A stretch of 64,000 nucleotides of DNA from NCBI GenBank assembly GCA_965261005.1, contig OZ253375.1:1056001-1120000 (forward strand). Reading direction: 5' to 3'. The notes below the pieces were generated by a model. It made no database searches. It saw only the letters and a program-made list of their open reading frames with translations, and had not been told where the DNA came from. This document shows, piece after piece, positions 32,081-42,624 of the stretch. The first letter of the stretch is position 1. Each line of letters starts with the position of its first letter. A program made the position numbers and the translations under genes. Origin of the DNA: Deinococcus sp. GTDB lineage: Bacteria > Deinococcota > Deinococci > Deinococcales > Deinococcaceae.

Positions 32081-33724
32081 ATGCAGCGCTCACAAATGTT
32101 TCGGGCCGATCTGACGGCGCCCACGCTGATCGTCATCATGGCGGCGGTGATCGGCATGTTGGCGGTGTGGAGTCCGCTGGCGGCCAGCTTGGCCGCCCTC
32201 GGCGTCTTGGTGTTGACGTTGGCCGGCCGTCTCCGGCCGCTGCTGCCCCGCTTCGCGCTGACGTTCTTGGGGATCTGTCTGGCCGGCTACGCCTTGCTGG
32301 GACGCGGCTTCGCCTACCTGGGCGCCCCCCCTCTGTACGTCGGCGAGTTGGCCCTTTGCGCCTGTGTGCTCGCCTTTGTGCTGTACGGCCGGGCACACTT
32401 GGTCCGTTCGCCCGCGCTGTACCTGGTGCTGGCCTTTATGCTGGTGGGGCTGATCGCCACGCTGCCCTACGTCGGCCTGTACGGGTTGGACGCTTTGCGA
32501 GACGCCGTGTTGTGGCTGTACGGGACGCTGGCGCTCAGCATTGCGCTGCTGCTGCTGCGCAAAGGGTGGGTCGTGCAATCGGCCCGCGTCTACGTGCGCT
32601 GGATCCCGGTGTTTCTGATTTGGATTCCGTTGGCGGTGTTGGCAAGTCAATTGTTCGGCTCGGCGCTGCCGCGCTTGCCCGGCTCGGACGTGCCCCTGAT
32701 CGATCTCAAGGGTGGCGACGTCGCCGTTCACCTCGCCGGCGTCGCGGCGGCGCTCTTGCTCGGTTTGCCCACGGCCCTGAACGTGAATCTGCGGGTGCGC
32801 CGCCACGAGTGGATGTGGTGGGCCTTGTGGCTGGCGGCGGCGGCCATTCCGCTCTTTCGGGTGCGCGCCGGTTTGCTGGCCGTCGCCGCCGCCGTGCTGC
32901 TGGTGCTGCTGTTCCGGCCGGGCAGCCGCTGGGGCAAGCCGCTGACCGTGCTCTCCCTCGCCGTCTTTTGCTTTGTGGCCTTTAGCGTTCAGGTTAAGCT
33001 GGGCGAGGGCCGCAATACCATTTCCGCGAACTCGCTGCTGCTCAACTTGCAAAGCATTGCGGGGGGTTCGGGTGACGCTTACCGCGACGGCACGCGCGCT
33101 TGGCGCCTTCACTGGTGGAATGATATCGAAAACTACACCCTGCGCGGACCCTACTTTTGGATTGGCAAAGGCTACGGCGTCAATCTGGCCGACGCCGACG
33201 GGTACCAAGTCAACGCCGACGCGTCCTTGCGCAGCCCGCACAGCGTCCACTTCTCGGTGCTGGCGCGTTCGGGCGTGCCCGGCCTGACGCTGTGGATCTT
33301 GTTGCAGGCCACCTTTGCCTTCGGCTTGCTGAGGGCGTATGTTCGGGCCGTGGCGGCGCAGCAAATCCTATGGGCCAAGCTGAACTTGTGGGTACTCGCG
33401 TATTGGGCGGCGTTTCTGATCAACGCCTCCTTTGACGTGTACCTGGAAGGTCCGGTGGGCGGCATCTGGTTCTGGAGCGTGTTCGGCTTCGGCGTGGCGC
33501 TCGTCGAGGTGCAGCGGCGGCAGACGGTCAGCGCGCGGCGCGCGGCGCCCGTCAGAACTGGGGTGCAGGGGGCCAGCTGGTCAGGCAACCGGCCCTCAGC
33601 GGCCATGTCTTCCCGCGCCCCTTCTTCAGGTGCCCTGTCTTCGGGCGCTCTGTCTTCGGGCGCGTTGTCTTCCCGTGCCGCGTCCCCGCGCGAGGCGGCG
33701 CTCGCCGAGAAAGACGCGGCGTGA
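32081..33724 (+). CDS. O-antigen ligase/Wzy-like polysaccharide polymerase
   Basis: Many TM segments, R..WW loop, IGKGYG, LRSPHSVHFSVLARSGVPG (Wzy_C-like), INASFDVYLEGP. Confidence 0.8.
   Translation: MQRSQMFRADLTAPTLIVIMAAVIGMLAVWSPLAASLAALGVLVLTLAGRLRPLLPRFALTFLGICLAGYALLGRGFAYLGAPPLYVGELALCACVLAFVLYGRAHLVRSPALYLVLAFMLVGLIATLPYVGLYGLDALRDAVLWLYGTLALSIALLLLRKGWVVQSARVYVRWIPVFLIWIPLAVLASQLFGSALPRLPGSDVPLIDLKGGDVAVHLAGVAAALLLGLPTALNVNLRVRRHEWMWWALWLAAAAIPLFRVRAGLLAVAAAVLLVLLFRPGSRWGKPLTVLSLAVFCFVAFSVQVKLGEGRNTISANSLLLNLQSIAGGSGDAYRDGTRAWRLHWWNDIENYTLRGPYFWIGKGYGVNLADADGYQVNADASLRSPHSVHFSVLARSGVPGLTLWILLQATFAFGLLRAYVRAVAAQQILWAKLNLWVLAYWAAFLINASFDVYLEGPVGGIWFWSVFGFGVALVEVQRRQTVSARRAAPVRTGVQGASWSGNRPSAAMSSRAPSSGALSSGALSSGALSSRAASPREAALAEKDAA
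33608..33682 (+). repeat. Five imperfect 15-bp tandem units encoding SSRAP/SSGAL
   Basis: TCTTCnnGnGCnnnn x5 at the 3' end of the wzy-like gene. Confidence 0.8.
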
Positions 33725-34893
33725 CCCGGGCCAGCCGCCCCAAGGTGATGCAGGTCATCACCCACCTCGACTTGGGCGGGGCGGAGCAGGTCGCCATCTC
33801 CCTCGCAGAGCAGCTTCACGCCGAGTATGACTTTTGCTTTTTCGCCGCGCTGGGCGTCGCGCAAAACCCGGTTGGTGAGAGCATGCTGGCCCGCCTGCGC
33901 GCGCTCAACGTGCCGGTGCAGGTGGGCACAACCCTCGACATGAAGCGTGGCGGCGCCGTTCAGGCCGCCCTCAAGCTCAGCGGCGCATGGCGGCGCTTGA
34001 GGCCCGACCTGCTGCATCTGCACACCGAAATTCCGGAAACCACCTACGCCCTGAGCGCCGCGCTGACCGGGCGCGCAGGGGGACCGCGCGTGATCAGGAC
34101 CATTCACAACACCACCTTGTGGCCGGCATGGCAGCGCATTGGCCGCTGGGTGGAGCGCCGCGTGAGCGGGGCGGCGGTGGTGGCCGTTTCACACGGAGGC
34201 TTGCGCGGATTGGAAAGTTTTCGCGCCCAACACGGCCTCGCGCCGCTGGATGGGGCGCAGTGCCGGGTGGTCTACAACGGCGTGGCCGTACCGCCGCCGC
34301 GCCTTTCCCGTCGGCTCGCGGGGGCCACGCGGGTGCTGTTCGCCGGACGCTTCGAGCCGCAAAAAGGCGCGGACTTGCTGCCGGCCATTTTGGAGCGCGC
34401 CAGCCAATTGAGCGGCCAAGGCGCCGAGGTGACCGTTTTGGGCAGCGGCAGCTTGGAGGTTTTTCTGCAACGCTGGGCGCGCGAGCAGCGCACGGGCTGG
34501 AGCGTGACCGTTTCTTCCCCCGTGCCCAATTTGCCGAGGTTCATGGGCGAGTACGACGTCGTGCTGATGCCGTCGCGCTTCGAGGGGCTGGCCCTCGTCG
34601 CCGTCGAGTCGCTGCTGGCCGGCACGCCGGTGGTGGGCACCCGGGTGCCGGGAATGAGCGAGGTCTTTCCCGCCGGCTACCCTCTATTGGCGCCCAATGA
34701 GAACGTCGCCAAGCTGGCCGAGTTGTTGGCGCAGGTGGTGGACGATCCGCAGGGCCACGCCGAGCGCGCTGCGGCCCTGCGTGGCCCGCTGGAAACCAAG
34801 TTCGGTCTTGAGGCGATGGGGCGTGGCTACCACGCCGCGTATCAGGACGTGCTCGCCCGGCCCGGGGGCGCCGGCATGAGGAGATTCACATGA
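33721..34893 (+). CDS. Glycosyltransferase family 4
   Basis: GGAEQ, VVYNGV, FAGRFEPQKG, MPSRFEGLALVAVESLLAGTPVV. Confidence 0.9.
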   Translation: MTRASRPKVMQVITHLDLGGAEQVAISLAEQLHAEYDFCFFAALGVAQNPVGESMLARLRALNVPVQVGTTLDMKRGGAVQAALKLSGAWRRLRPDLLHLHTEIPETTYALSAALTGRAGGPRVIRTIHNTTLWPAWQRIGRWVERRVSGAAVVAVSHGGLRGLESFRAQHGLAPLDGAQCRVVYNGVAVPPPRLSRRLAGATRVLFAGRFEPQKGADLLPAILERASQLSGQGAEVTVLGSGSLEVFLQRWAREQRTGWSVTVSSPVPNLPRFMGEYDVVLMPSRFEGLALVAVESLLAGTPVVGTRVPGMSEVFPAGYPLLAPNENVAKLAELLAQVVDDPQGHAERAAALRGPLETKFGLEAMGRGYHAAYQDVLARPGGAGMRRFT

Positions 34894-36086
34894 AGGTACT
34901 GCTCGTGCACAACTACTACCAGCAGGGCGGCGGCGAGGATCAAGTGTTCCTGGCTGAGCAAGACCTGTTGAGAAGCAACGGCGTGGACGTTCTGACGTAC
35001 ACGGCCAGCAACGACGTCATCGAGGAACAGTCACGCCTCAAGTCGGCAAGCGATACCTTATGGAACCGCGCGGCGGCGGGCGAACTCGCCGAGATGGTGC
35101 GCTCCGGCGACGTGGACGTGGTTCACTTTCACAACACCTTTCCGGTGATCTCCCCCGCCGCCTACGGCGCCGTTCGCCGTGCCGGGGCCGCCGTGGTCCA
35201 AACGCTGCACAATTACCGCCTGTTGTGCGCCAACGCGCTCCTGTTCAGGGATGGCCACGTCTGCGAAGACTGTTTGGGCAAGACGCCTCCCCTGCCGGCC
35301 GTGCAACACGCCTGCTACCGGGACAGCCGCGCCGCCTCGGGCGTGGTGGTCGCCATGCAGACGGCCCACCGGTTGCGGGGCACCTACGCGCGCGACGTGG
35401 ACGCCTATATCGCGCTCACCGACTTCGCGCGGCAAAAGTTAGTTCAGGGCGGGTTGCCGGCGGACAAGATGACGGTCAAACCGAACTTCCTTGCCCACGA
35501 TCCCGGCCAAGGCGGCGGCGCGGGCGGCTACGCCCTGTTCGTGGGCCGCTTGACGCCCGAAAAGGGCGTGGAGACGTTGCTGGAGGCTTGGAAAACGTTG
35601 GGGCCTAGCTTGCCGCTCAAGATCGCGGGCGCCGGCCCGCTGGAGGGTTGGGTCGAGCAAGCGGCGCGCGCCACGCCCGGCGCCGAGTTCCTGGGCCGGC
35701 AAGACCGGGCGCAGGTGCTCGGCCTGATGAAAAACGCGGCCATGCTGATCGTCCCCTCGCGCTGGTACGAGATGTTTCCGATGACCATTGTGGAGGCGTT
35801 CGCGGTGGGCTTGCCGGTGGTCGCCAGCGACTTGGGTTCGCTGTCCAGCATTATCGAGCATGGGCGCAACGGGCGGCACTTCGAGGCGGGAAACGCGGGC
35901 GACTTGGCGGCGCAAGTTGGGCAGCTGCTGGCGCGGCCCCAAGACCTCGCGGACATGCGCGCTCGGGCGCGGCAGGACTACCTGAGACACTACAGCGCGG
36001 AGGCTAACTTTCAGCAATTGACCGAGGTGTACGCCCTTGCCCTGGGGCGCCGGCAAGCGCGCTTGCCAAGCGTGAGGCAGGCATGA
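34890..36086 (+). CDS. Glycosyltransferase family 4
   Basis: VHNYYQQGGGED, TLHNYRLLC, FVGRLTPEKG, PSRWYEMFPMTIVEAFAVGLPVV. Confidence 0.92.
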   Translation: MKVLLVHNYYQQGGGEDQVFLAEQDLLRSNGVDVLTYTASNDVIEEQSRLKSASDTLWNRAAAGELAEMVRSGDVDVVHFHNTFPVISPAAYGAVRRAGAAVVQTLHNYRLLCANALLFRDGHVCEDCLGKTPPLPAVQHACYRDSRAASGVVVAMQTAHRLRGTYARDVDAYIALTDFARQKLVQGGLPADKMTVKPNFLAHDPGQGGGAGGYALFVGRLTPEKGVETLLEAWKTLGPSLPLKIAGAGPLEGWVEQAARATPGAEFLGRQDRAQVLGLMKNAAMLIVPSRWYEMFPMTIVEAFAVGLPVVASDLGSLSSIIEHGRNGRHFEAGNAGDLAAQVGQLLARPQDLADMRARARQDYLRHYSAEANFQQLTEVYALALGRRQARLPSVRQA

Positions 36087-37318
36087 AGATCGTCCATCTC
36101 AGCAGCGGGGACCTCGACGGCGGCGCGGCGCGCGGCGCCTACTGGCTGCACCGCGCCCTGCGCGAGTCGGGCATGGACTCGCGCATGCTGGTTCAAAACA
36201 AGCTGTCGGACGACCCCTCGGTGCTCGCCTACGGAACGGCTTGGCAAAACCGCTTGGCCCGGCGCGCCGACAAGCTGCCGCTGCGGCTGTACAAACGCCG
36301 CCAGGACGTCATCTTTTCGCCGGCCACCTTGGTGCGGCCCGTTCAGCGCGCCGTGAACGCCCTCGCGCCGGACATCGTCAACTTGCACTGGGTCAACGAC
36401 GGCTTTGTCAGCCCCGAAAGCGTGGCGGGCATTCGCGCCCCCATCGTGTGGACCCTGCGCGACTTGTGGCCCATGACCGGCGGTTGCCACTACGCCGGCA
36501 GCTGCACCAAGTTCACGGCGGGCTGCGGCGCCTGTCCAGTTCTCGGGTCGGACAGCCCGCGCGACTTGTCAGCTTGGCTACACGCGCGCAAACGCCGCTC
36601 GTGGCGGGCCACCCCCATCACCGTGGTGGCGCTCAGCCGCTGGTTGGCCGAGCAGGCCGGGCGCAGCTCGCTGTTCGCGCAGAGCGACATCGTGGTGATT
36701 CCCAACGCGCTGGACGTTCGGGTCTTTCGGCCCTCACCCCGGGAGGCGGCGCGAGCGGCCCTCGGCTTACCACAGGACAAGCGGCTTGTTTTGTTCGGGG
36801 CCATGTATCCGCTGAGCGAGCCGCGCAAAGGCTTCGCCGCCTTTGCGCGGGCCACCGAACTATTGGCCACGCGCGAACAGGCGCACAGCACCGAGGCGGT
36901 GGTGTTCGGAAATTTACGGGGCGCCCAGCCCGAGCTGGGCTTGAAAGCGCACTACCTGGGCGCCCTCAGCGAGGACGCCGCGCTGGCGCTGGCCTACGCC
37001 GCCGCCGACGTGACCGTGATGCCCTCCCTAGAAGAGGCGTTCGGCAAGGTCGCCATGGAATCCCTCGCCTGCGGCACCCCGGTGGTGTGCTTCGAGGGCG
37101 GCGGGCCGGCCGACATCGTGGACCACTTCCAGAACGGTTACTTGGCCCGCCATGGCGACGCGGCCGACCTCGCGGCGGGCATTGAGGCCATGCTGGACGC
37201 GGACGCGCCCGCCCTCGCACGTGCGGCGCTTGACAAAGTGCATTCGCAGTACACCTTCGAGCATCAGGCCGGACAGTACGCGCAGCTGTACGAACGGGTC
37301 CTCGGCTCAACGTTATAA
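36083..37318 (+). CDS. Glycosyltransferase family 4 (WcaC-like)
   Basis: GGAARGA, VWTLRDLWPMTGGCHY, RKGF, PSLEEAFGKVAMESLACGTPVV. Confidence 0.9.
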   Translation: MKIVHLSSGDLDGGAARGAYWLHRALRESGMDSRMLVQNKLSDDPSVLAYGTAWQNRLARRADKLPLRLYKRRQDVIFSPATLVRPVQRAVNALAPDIVNLHWVNDGFVSPESVAGIRAPIVWTLRDLWPMTGGCHYAGSCTKFTAGCGACPVLGSDSPRDLSAWLHARKRRSWRATPITVVALSRWLAEQAGRSSLFAQSDIVVIPNALDVRVFRPSPREAARAALGLPQDKRLVLFGAMYPLSEPRKGFAAFARATELLATREQAHSTEAVVFGNLRGAQPELGLKAHYLGALSEDAALALAYAAADVTVMPSLEEAFGKVAMESLACGTPVVCFEGGGPADIVDHFQNGYLARHGDAADLAAGIEAMLDADAPALARAALDKVHSQYTFEHQAGQYAQLYERVLGSTL

Positions 37319-37356
37319 AAGGGTAACGTGAACGGGCAACCCCGAAAGCGAGTGTG

Positions 37357-37389
37357 TTAATTTTCATGTAACGCCGGTATGCTTACCCT
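37357..37389 (+). promoter_or_regulatory. Island promoter motif, site 3 (GT2 gene)
   Basis: TTAATTT-tcat-GTAACGC-N9-TACCCT-gagaa. Confidence 0.72.
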
Positions 37390-37436
37390 GAGAACAAGAT
37401 GAAATTCTTCACCCCGCTCTTTCCGACGAGACCATT

Positions 37437-38459
37437 GTGGCGCTCGAACGGTCGGTTGTTTCACGGACAGCGCCCATGACCGGTTCAGCCGCTTCCCCGG
37501 CCGTTTCGGTGATTATTCCCACCCGCCACCGGCCCCAGCTGTTGATCGAGCGCGCCCTGCGCTCCGCCTTTGCCCAGACGCTCCATGACATCGAAATTGT
37601 TGTGGTCGTGGACGGCCCGGATCCGGCCACCTCGCAAGCCTTGGAAGCGTTGAGCGATTCACGGCTGCGCGTGCTGGTCCTGCCGGAGAACGTGCGGGCT
37701 GGGCAGGCCCGCAACGCGGGCGTTCAAGCGGCGCGTGGCGAGTGGATTGCCCTGCTCGACGACGACGACGAGTGGCACCCGCGCAAGCTCGAATGCCAAT
37801 TGGCGGCGGCGCGCCGCTCCAGCTATCCCCAGCCCATCGTCGTATGTCAATACGTGATTCCGGCGGCCCAAGACCAACACGTTGACCCGCCCCGTTTTCC
37901 GCACCCCGGCGAGGCAATGGGCGATTACCTGTTGGCGCGGGACAACGCCTTGGACAGCAGCCACACCCTGATGAGCACCGTGCTGTTCGCACGCCGCGAT
38001 TTGTTTCTCAGCGTGCCGTTTCCGCCGGGCTTGCGGTGGCACGAGGATTGGGACTGGCTGATTCGGGCGGCGGCCCAACCGGGCGTCGGCATTGAGGGCA
38101 TCGAGGAAAATCTGGCCACTTGGTATTTTCTGGAGCCGCGCGAAAGCTTGAGTTCGACGGTGGATTGGCGACACTCCCTGAGCTGGGCCAAAGGTCTACG
38201 CAACGAGGGCTTTCTCGGCGACAAAGCGTACGTGGGGTTCATCGTGTCGCACGTGTCGCACTTCGCTTCCAAGGAGCGGAGTTGGCAAGCCCTACGTTCG
38301 ACGGCGGCCGAGCTGTTCAAGTCGAGGCCGCGCGCCTTTGAAGTCGCCCGCTACGCCGCCACTTGGCTGTTCCCACAGCAAGCGCGGCGTCACCTTCGCC
38401 AGCAAGGCAAGGCCCTAATCGAGCACCTGTTGCCCAGCCGAGCCGGCGAGCGGGCCTGA
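37437..38459 (+). CDS. Glycosyltransferase family 2
   Basis: VSVIIPT, IVVVVDG, ARNAGVQAARGEWIALLDDDDEW, HEDWDW. Confidence 0.92.
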   Translation: MALERSVVSRTAPMTGSAASPAVSVIIPTRHRPQLLIERALRSAFAQTLHDIEIVVVVDGPDPATSQALEALSDSRLRVLVLPENVRAGQARNAGVQAARGEWIALLDDDDEWHPRKLECQLAAARRSSYPQPIVVCQYVIPAAQDQHVDPPRFPHPGEAMGDYLLARDNALDSSHTLMSTVLFARRDLFLSVPFPPGLRWHEDWDWLIRAAAQPGVGIEGIEENLATWYFLEPRESLSSTVDWRHSLSWAKGLRNEGFLGDKAYVGFIVSHVSHFASKERSWQALRSTAAELFKSRPRAFEVARYAATWLFPQQARRHLRQQGKALIEHLLPSRAGERA

Positions 38460-38476
38460 GACAGCGGCGGAGCGTA

Positions 38477-38509
38477 TTTATCTTTGGGTAACGCCACGGC
38501 CGTTATTCT
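38477..38509 (+). promoter_or_regulatory. Island promoter motif, site 4 (GT4-wzx)
   Basis: TTTATCT-ttgg-GTAACGC-N9-TATTCT-gagaa. Confidence 0.72.
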
Positions 38510-38592
38510 GAGAATCTGATGATGCCACCGCATACCGTCCGAGTCACCCTCGCTGCCGATCCTCTGCCACAACGTGCAAAAGGGATCTGATC

Positions 38593-39846
38593 ATGCTGAA
38601 GTTTGGCGCTCTGCCCGCCGGCTCGGCTTCAGGAAACCCCGAGCAGACGCTTCCGCGCGCGGCGCGGCCGAAGCAGGTGCGTTCGGTCACGCTGATAGAT
38701 CCCCTTGCCGGTGGCCATCATGTGAGCTACGCCGTTCAGCTCGCCCGCGAGCTGAACGCGCGGGGCATTCGGGTCAATGTGATCGGTCCCCCTGAATTCG
38801 TGGCCCAACTGACCCAACAGGCTCATATTGAGCGCGCTTCGATTCAATCGCTGTTTTTGGGCGACCCGGACGCCTACTACGCCAAAGGGCTTTGGCACAT
38901 CGAGCGCACCAGTTTCCGGTTTATGAAGCGGGCGTTGCGCGCCGCGCGCGACATGAACAGCGACGTCACGCACTTCGTTTACCTTGACAGTTTTATGCTG
39001 TCGTTGTGGGCCGCGCGCTTGGGCACTGGCGGCAATATCTACGCGACCCAGCACTGGGCCTACTTTCTCAAGCCCTTTCAGCAAGGCCGGCTGGGCAAAA
39101 TCAAGGGGGATTTACAGCTTTGGGTTCTTCGCCGGCTGGTCGCTCATGGCGTGCGCTTGATGGTGCATTCGGCCGAGCAAGCGCGCACGTTGCGGCGCTT
39201 GCTCGGCTCGGAGCGGGTGGACTACGTCCCCTACCCGGTGGAACTTCCCCCGCTCACACGAACCGACGCTGGCCCGTACGTGCGCGAGCGGCTGGGCCTC
39301 GCCCCAGGGGATAAGCTGCTGCTCGCCTTCGGCACGGTGCGCCATGACAAGGGCGTGGACTTGGCCATTGGGGCGCTCGGCACTCTGCCGGACAACTACC
39401 ACCTGCTCATCGCCGGACCGCCGACGCAATGGCAAGAGGCCGACATCATCCGCCTCGCCGCCCAGCACGGCGTCGCGCGGCGTGTTCATACTGAACTCGA
39501 ATTCATTCCTGATGATGAGGTGGGGGCGTACTTCGCGGCGTCAGACGTGGTTCTGATTCCCTACCGCAAGAGCTTCGCCGGGCAAAGCGGCCCGCTGACC
39601 ATCGCGGCAGCCTTGGGCTTGCCCCTCGCCGTGGCGGACGTGGGCGTCTTGCGAGAAACGGTCGAGACATACCAGTTGGGCGAACTGTTCGAGGCGGAAA
39701 ACGTTCCGGACATGGCGCGCGCCATCAAGGCCGCCGCCGCCAAGTGCGCCGGACCGTCCAACCAGCGCTTTTTGCAAGACCACGCGCCAGAACACTTCGC
39801 CGAGGCCGTCCTAGCCAGTTATGCGGACGGGATTGTGGGCACTTGA
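38593..39846 (+). CDS. Glycosyltransferase family 4
   Basis: GGHH, FGTVRHDKGVD, SDVVLIPY...QSGPL..AAALGLPLAVADVG. Confidence 0.87.
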   Translation: MLKFGALPAGSASGNPEQTLPRAARPKQVRSVTLIDPLAGGHHVSYAVQLARELNARGIRVNVIGPPEFVAQLTQQAHIERASIQSLFLGDPDAYYAKGLWHIERTSFRFMKRALRAARDMNSDVTHFVYLDSFMLSLWAARLGTGGNIYATQHWAYFLKPFQQGRLGKIKGDLQLWVLRRLVAHGVRLMVHSAEQARTLRRLLGSERVDYVPYPVELPPLTRTDAGPYVRERLGLAPGDKLLLAFGTVRHDKGVDLAIGALGTLPDNYHLLIAGPPTQWQEADIIRLAAQHGVARRVHTELEFIPDDEVGAYFAASDVVLIPYRKSFAGQSGPLTIAAALGLPLAVADVGVLRETVETYQLGELFEAENVPDMARAIKAAAAKCAGPSNQRFLQDHAPEHFAEAVLASYADGIVGT

Positions 39847-39934
39847 GCGCGGGCAGACCAATTCTGCTTCATCCACACGTCTTACCCTTGAGCTATGTCT
39901 GCGAGGACCGAGCCGTGAACAGGGCTGCCCCACC

Positions 39935-41443
39935 ATGAACAATCTCAAGGGTCAAATCATAGACGCCATGAAGTGGAGCTATCTCTCCCTCTTCATCAAC
40001 ATGTCCATGCAATTCGTGTTCGCCGCCGTTCTGGCCAGGCTGCTCGGGCCGAAAGCCTACGGCATCATGGCCATTGCCCTTTCACTGCAACGGTTCGGAT
40101 TGTTTATCGCCGACTTTGGCATGGGGCAGGCCATCGTCCAAAAGAAACAGCTTTCGGAAATAGAGGTTCGGGCGGGCTTCACGTCTTCCGTATTGCTCGG
40201 TCTGCTGGCCACCAGCCTCGGGTGGTTGGCCTCACCGCTGGTCGGCAAGTACACCGGCGATCCGGCCGTTGTCCCCGTTTTTCAGGGATTGGCCAGCAGT
40301 TACATGCTCATTTCCCTGGTACTCATCTCGACCAGCCTCTTAAGGCGCGCCATGAAGTTCAAGCCGCTGATGATCGCCGAGACCAGCTCTTACGTGATCG
40401 GTCACGGCATTTGCGGCATTGGCGCGGCCTATTTGGGTTTCGGCGCCTTCAGCATCGTCATCAGCGTGGTGGCCCAGAACTTGATTCAGCTGGCCGTGAC
40501 TTACGGGTACTCGCTGCACTCCCTCAAGTTCACCTTCAATTGGAGCGCCTACCGCAGTTTGTATGGTTTCGGTACGCGCGCCACGCTGGTGAGCTTTCTG
40601 GAGTTCATCAGCCAGAGCTTGGATACATTCCTGATCATCCGGCTGTATGACGCCGTGGCGTTGGGACTTTACAACGGCGCCTACAGAACCGTCGAGGCGC
40701 CCTTGTCGAGCTTCGCGCGCAGCCTGATTCGCGTGTTGGCGCCGTCACTGAGCGCGGTACAGCACGATCAGGAACGGCTGCGCCGCACCTATCTGTCGGC
40801 CTTGTTGGCCTTGTCCATGATCCTGTTCAGCGCCGCCTTCGTGATCTTTGTTTCGGCGCGCGACATCGTCTTGGTGATGTTGGGCGGGCGGTTTGTCAGC
40901 GCGATTCCCATCGTACAGGTGTTCGCGCTGTTCATCCCTTTTCCAGTGTTGACCAGCTTGTCGGGCACGCTGGCAGAGGCCACGGCGCGCCTGAACACCA
41001 AAATCGCCATTCAAGCGACCTACTTCATCTTTCTGGCAGGCGCTTATTGGCTCGCGTACCGTTTGGGGTATGGTGTGATCTCGTTCGCGGTCGTGCTGTT
41101 CGCCGCCGCCGTGCTACGCAACTTGGTCTACAGCTTCGTTGCTCACCGAATCATCGGTCAAGGCGGCCGAATCATCGCGCGCGCCTACGGCGTGGGCGTG
41201 TTGTGCGGCCTCGCCATAGGTGGTGTGACTTACGCGGTCATCCGGCCTTTGCGGGCGCGCGGCACCTCCAGCTTCGCCCTGCTCGCACTGGAAATCTTCT
41301 TGGGCGCCTCATTGCTGGGTCTGGCCATAGTGTTCGGTCCCGACACTGAACTCAAGTCGCTGGCCCACAAGCTGTTTCGGCGCTTGCCAGGCCGTCCCGG
41401 CCGCTGGCTCAGCCGGGTTTCTGGGGCCAGAAAAAGCGCCTGA
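39935..41443 (+). CDS. wzx: Polysaccharide flippase (WzxC-like)
   Basis: LARLLGPKAYG, DFGMGQAIVQ, LLRRAMKFK, LGLYNGAY; multi-TM; ATG 39935. Confidence 0.88.
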   Translation: MNNLKGQIIDAMKWSYLSLFINMSMQFVFAAVLARLLGPKAYGIMAIALSLQRFGLFIADFGMGQAIVQKKQLSEIEVRAGFTSSVLLGLLATSLGWLASPLVGKYTGDPAVVPVFQGLASSYMLISLVLISTSLLRRAMKFKPLMIAETSSYVIGHGICGIGAAYLGFGAFSIVISVVAQNLIQLAVTYGYSLHSLKFTFNWSAYRSLYGFGTRATLVSFLEFISQSLDTFLIIRLYDAVALGLYNGAYRTVEAPLSSFARSLIRVLAPSLSAVQHDQERLRRTYLSALLALSMILFSAAFVIFVSARDIVLVMLGGRFVSAIPIVQVFALFIPFPVLTSLSGTLAEATARLNTKIAIQATYFIFLAGAYWLAYRLGYGVISFAVVLFAAAVLRNLVYSFVAHRIIGQGGRIIARAYGVGVLCGLAIGGVTYAVIRPLRARGTSSFALLALEIFLGASLLGLAIVFGPDTELKSLAHKLFRRLPGRPGRWLSRVSGARKSA

Positions 41444-41551
41444 CTGCGTGGAGAGCGGGGTGGATCGGCCGCTGTCAGCGCATGCCCAGCCAGGTCGTCT
41501 GGCTCGGACCGGCCTGATCCGAGCCGGTGGTGACGATCAGCCGGTTACCGA

Positions 41552-42476
41552 TCACACCCGCGACGGGAGATGCCGTGGCGCGGGCAACGGCGTGAGATCC
41601 GTCCAACGGTCCGCAGCCAGGTCATACGCGCTGACGTCCGCCACCTTGTCGGCCAATTGGGCACCACGCTGTTGCGTCACGCCACCGACCACCACCAAGC
41701 GGCCGTCCCACACGACGGTCGAGGCGCCCATATGTCCGAGCGGAATCGGTAAGTCCCCAACCCGACTCCACCCGTCCTGGACCGGATCATATACGTCCAC
41801 CTCACTCTGGTTGCCCTCGGCCTCGTCACCGAGGTGCTGGCCGCCGAGCGCCGCGCTGGTAATGTGATTGCGTGGATTGGGCAGGGGCGCCGCAGGCCAC
41901 CAACCGTCATTCTGGTCGTCCAGCGAAAGCGCCCAATGGTCGCCAAAATCCTGCTTATACACGTGTAAATCTTCCGCGTCGCGTTCCGTCCCGCCGAAGA
42001 AGTGCAGCTCACGGCCGAGCAACACCAGCCGGCAAGGGCGGTTCGGCCGTCCAGCGATCACCTTCCACGTCGTACTTCCACACCTGATCCGTTTGCAGGC
42101 CCGGATGATCACCTACAAAGCCGCCCGCGACGTACACCGTTTGGCCGTCCACCACTACGCCGGCGGGCGTCAAGGGTTCGGGCATATCGCAAAGCGGCGT
42201 CCAACTGTCATTTGCGGAATCGTACACGTGTACCCGCGCGGTGGCGAGCGGTTTGTTGTCGCCAATTTGGTCGAAGCCGCCGAAAACGTAGAGCTTTTCG
42301 CCAGCCACAGCGCCCCGCGCCTCAAACAGCGGCCTCGGCGCCGCCGCGCGGCTGGTCCAGCCCAACGCGGTTAGTGGGGCAGGAACGTCTGGTATCGCGA
42401 TTGGCGCGGGTGGAATGGGAGCGATGGTGGTCGTCGAAGCAGACCGAGTGCATCCGATCAACAATAAAGTCACCAT
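41552..42476 (-). pseudogene. Degraded kelch-repeat lipoprotein (paralog of 28332-29702)
   Basis: Lipobox LIGC; kelch units split over two frames with a shift near 42010-42040; in-frame deletion at ALGG/QH relative to the paralog; aberrant 3' end. Confidence 0.85.
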
Positions 42477-42624
42477 GCTAAGGCCAATAACACGGTGACT
42501 TACAGAACAGATTCTCGAAGATACGTGGAAAGTTACATCAATGGCGCCGTTACAAAATCATATACCTAAAAGGATTACTGTTAGAAATTTATTTGGATAC
42601 GACCGAACTGCATACAACATCTCT

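Noticed and set aside
39833..39865. TGAGCGC-N9-AATTCT before wzx
   Set aside because: Poor heptamer match, no upstream repeat, overlaps the previous stop codon.
42520..42565. Possible tenth promoter motif (GTAACGG) before the kelch pseudogene
   Set aside because: Spacing to a plausible -10 is 11 rather than 8-9 nt and the upstream heptamer is poor.
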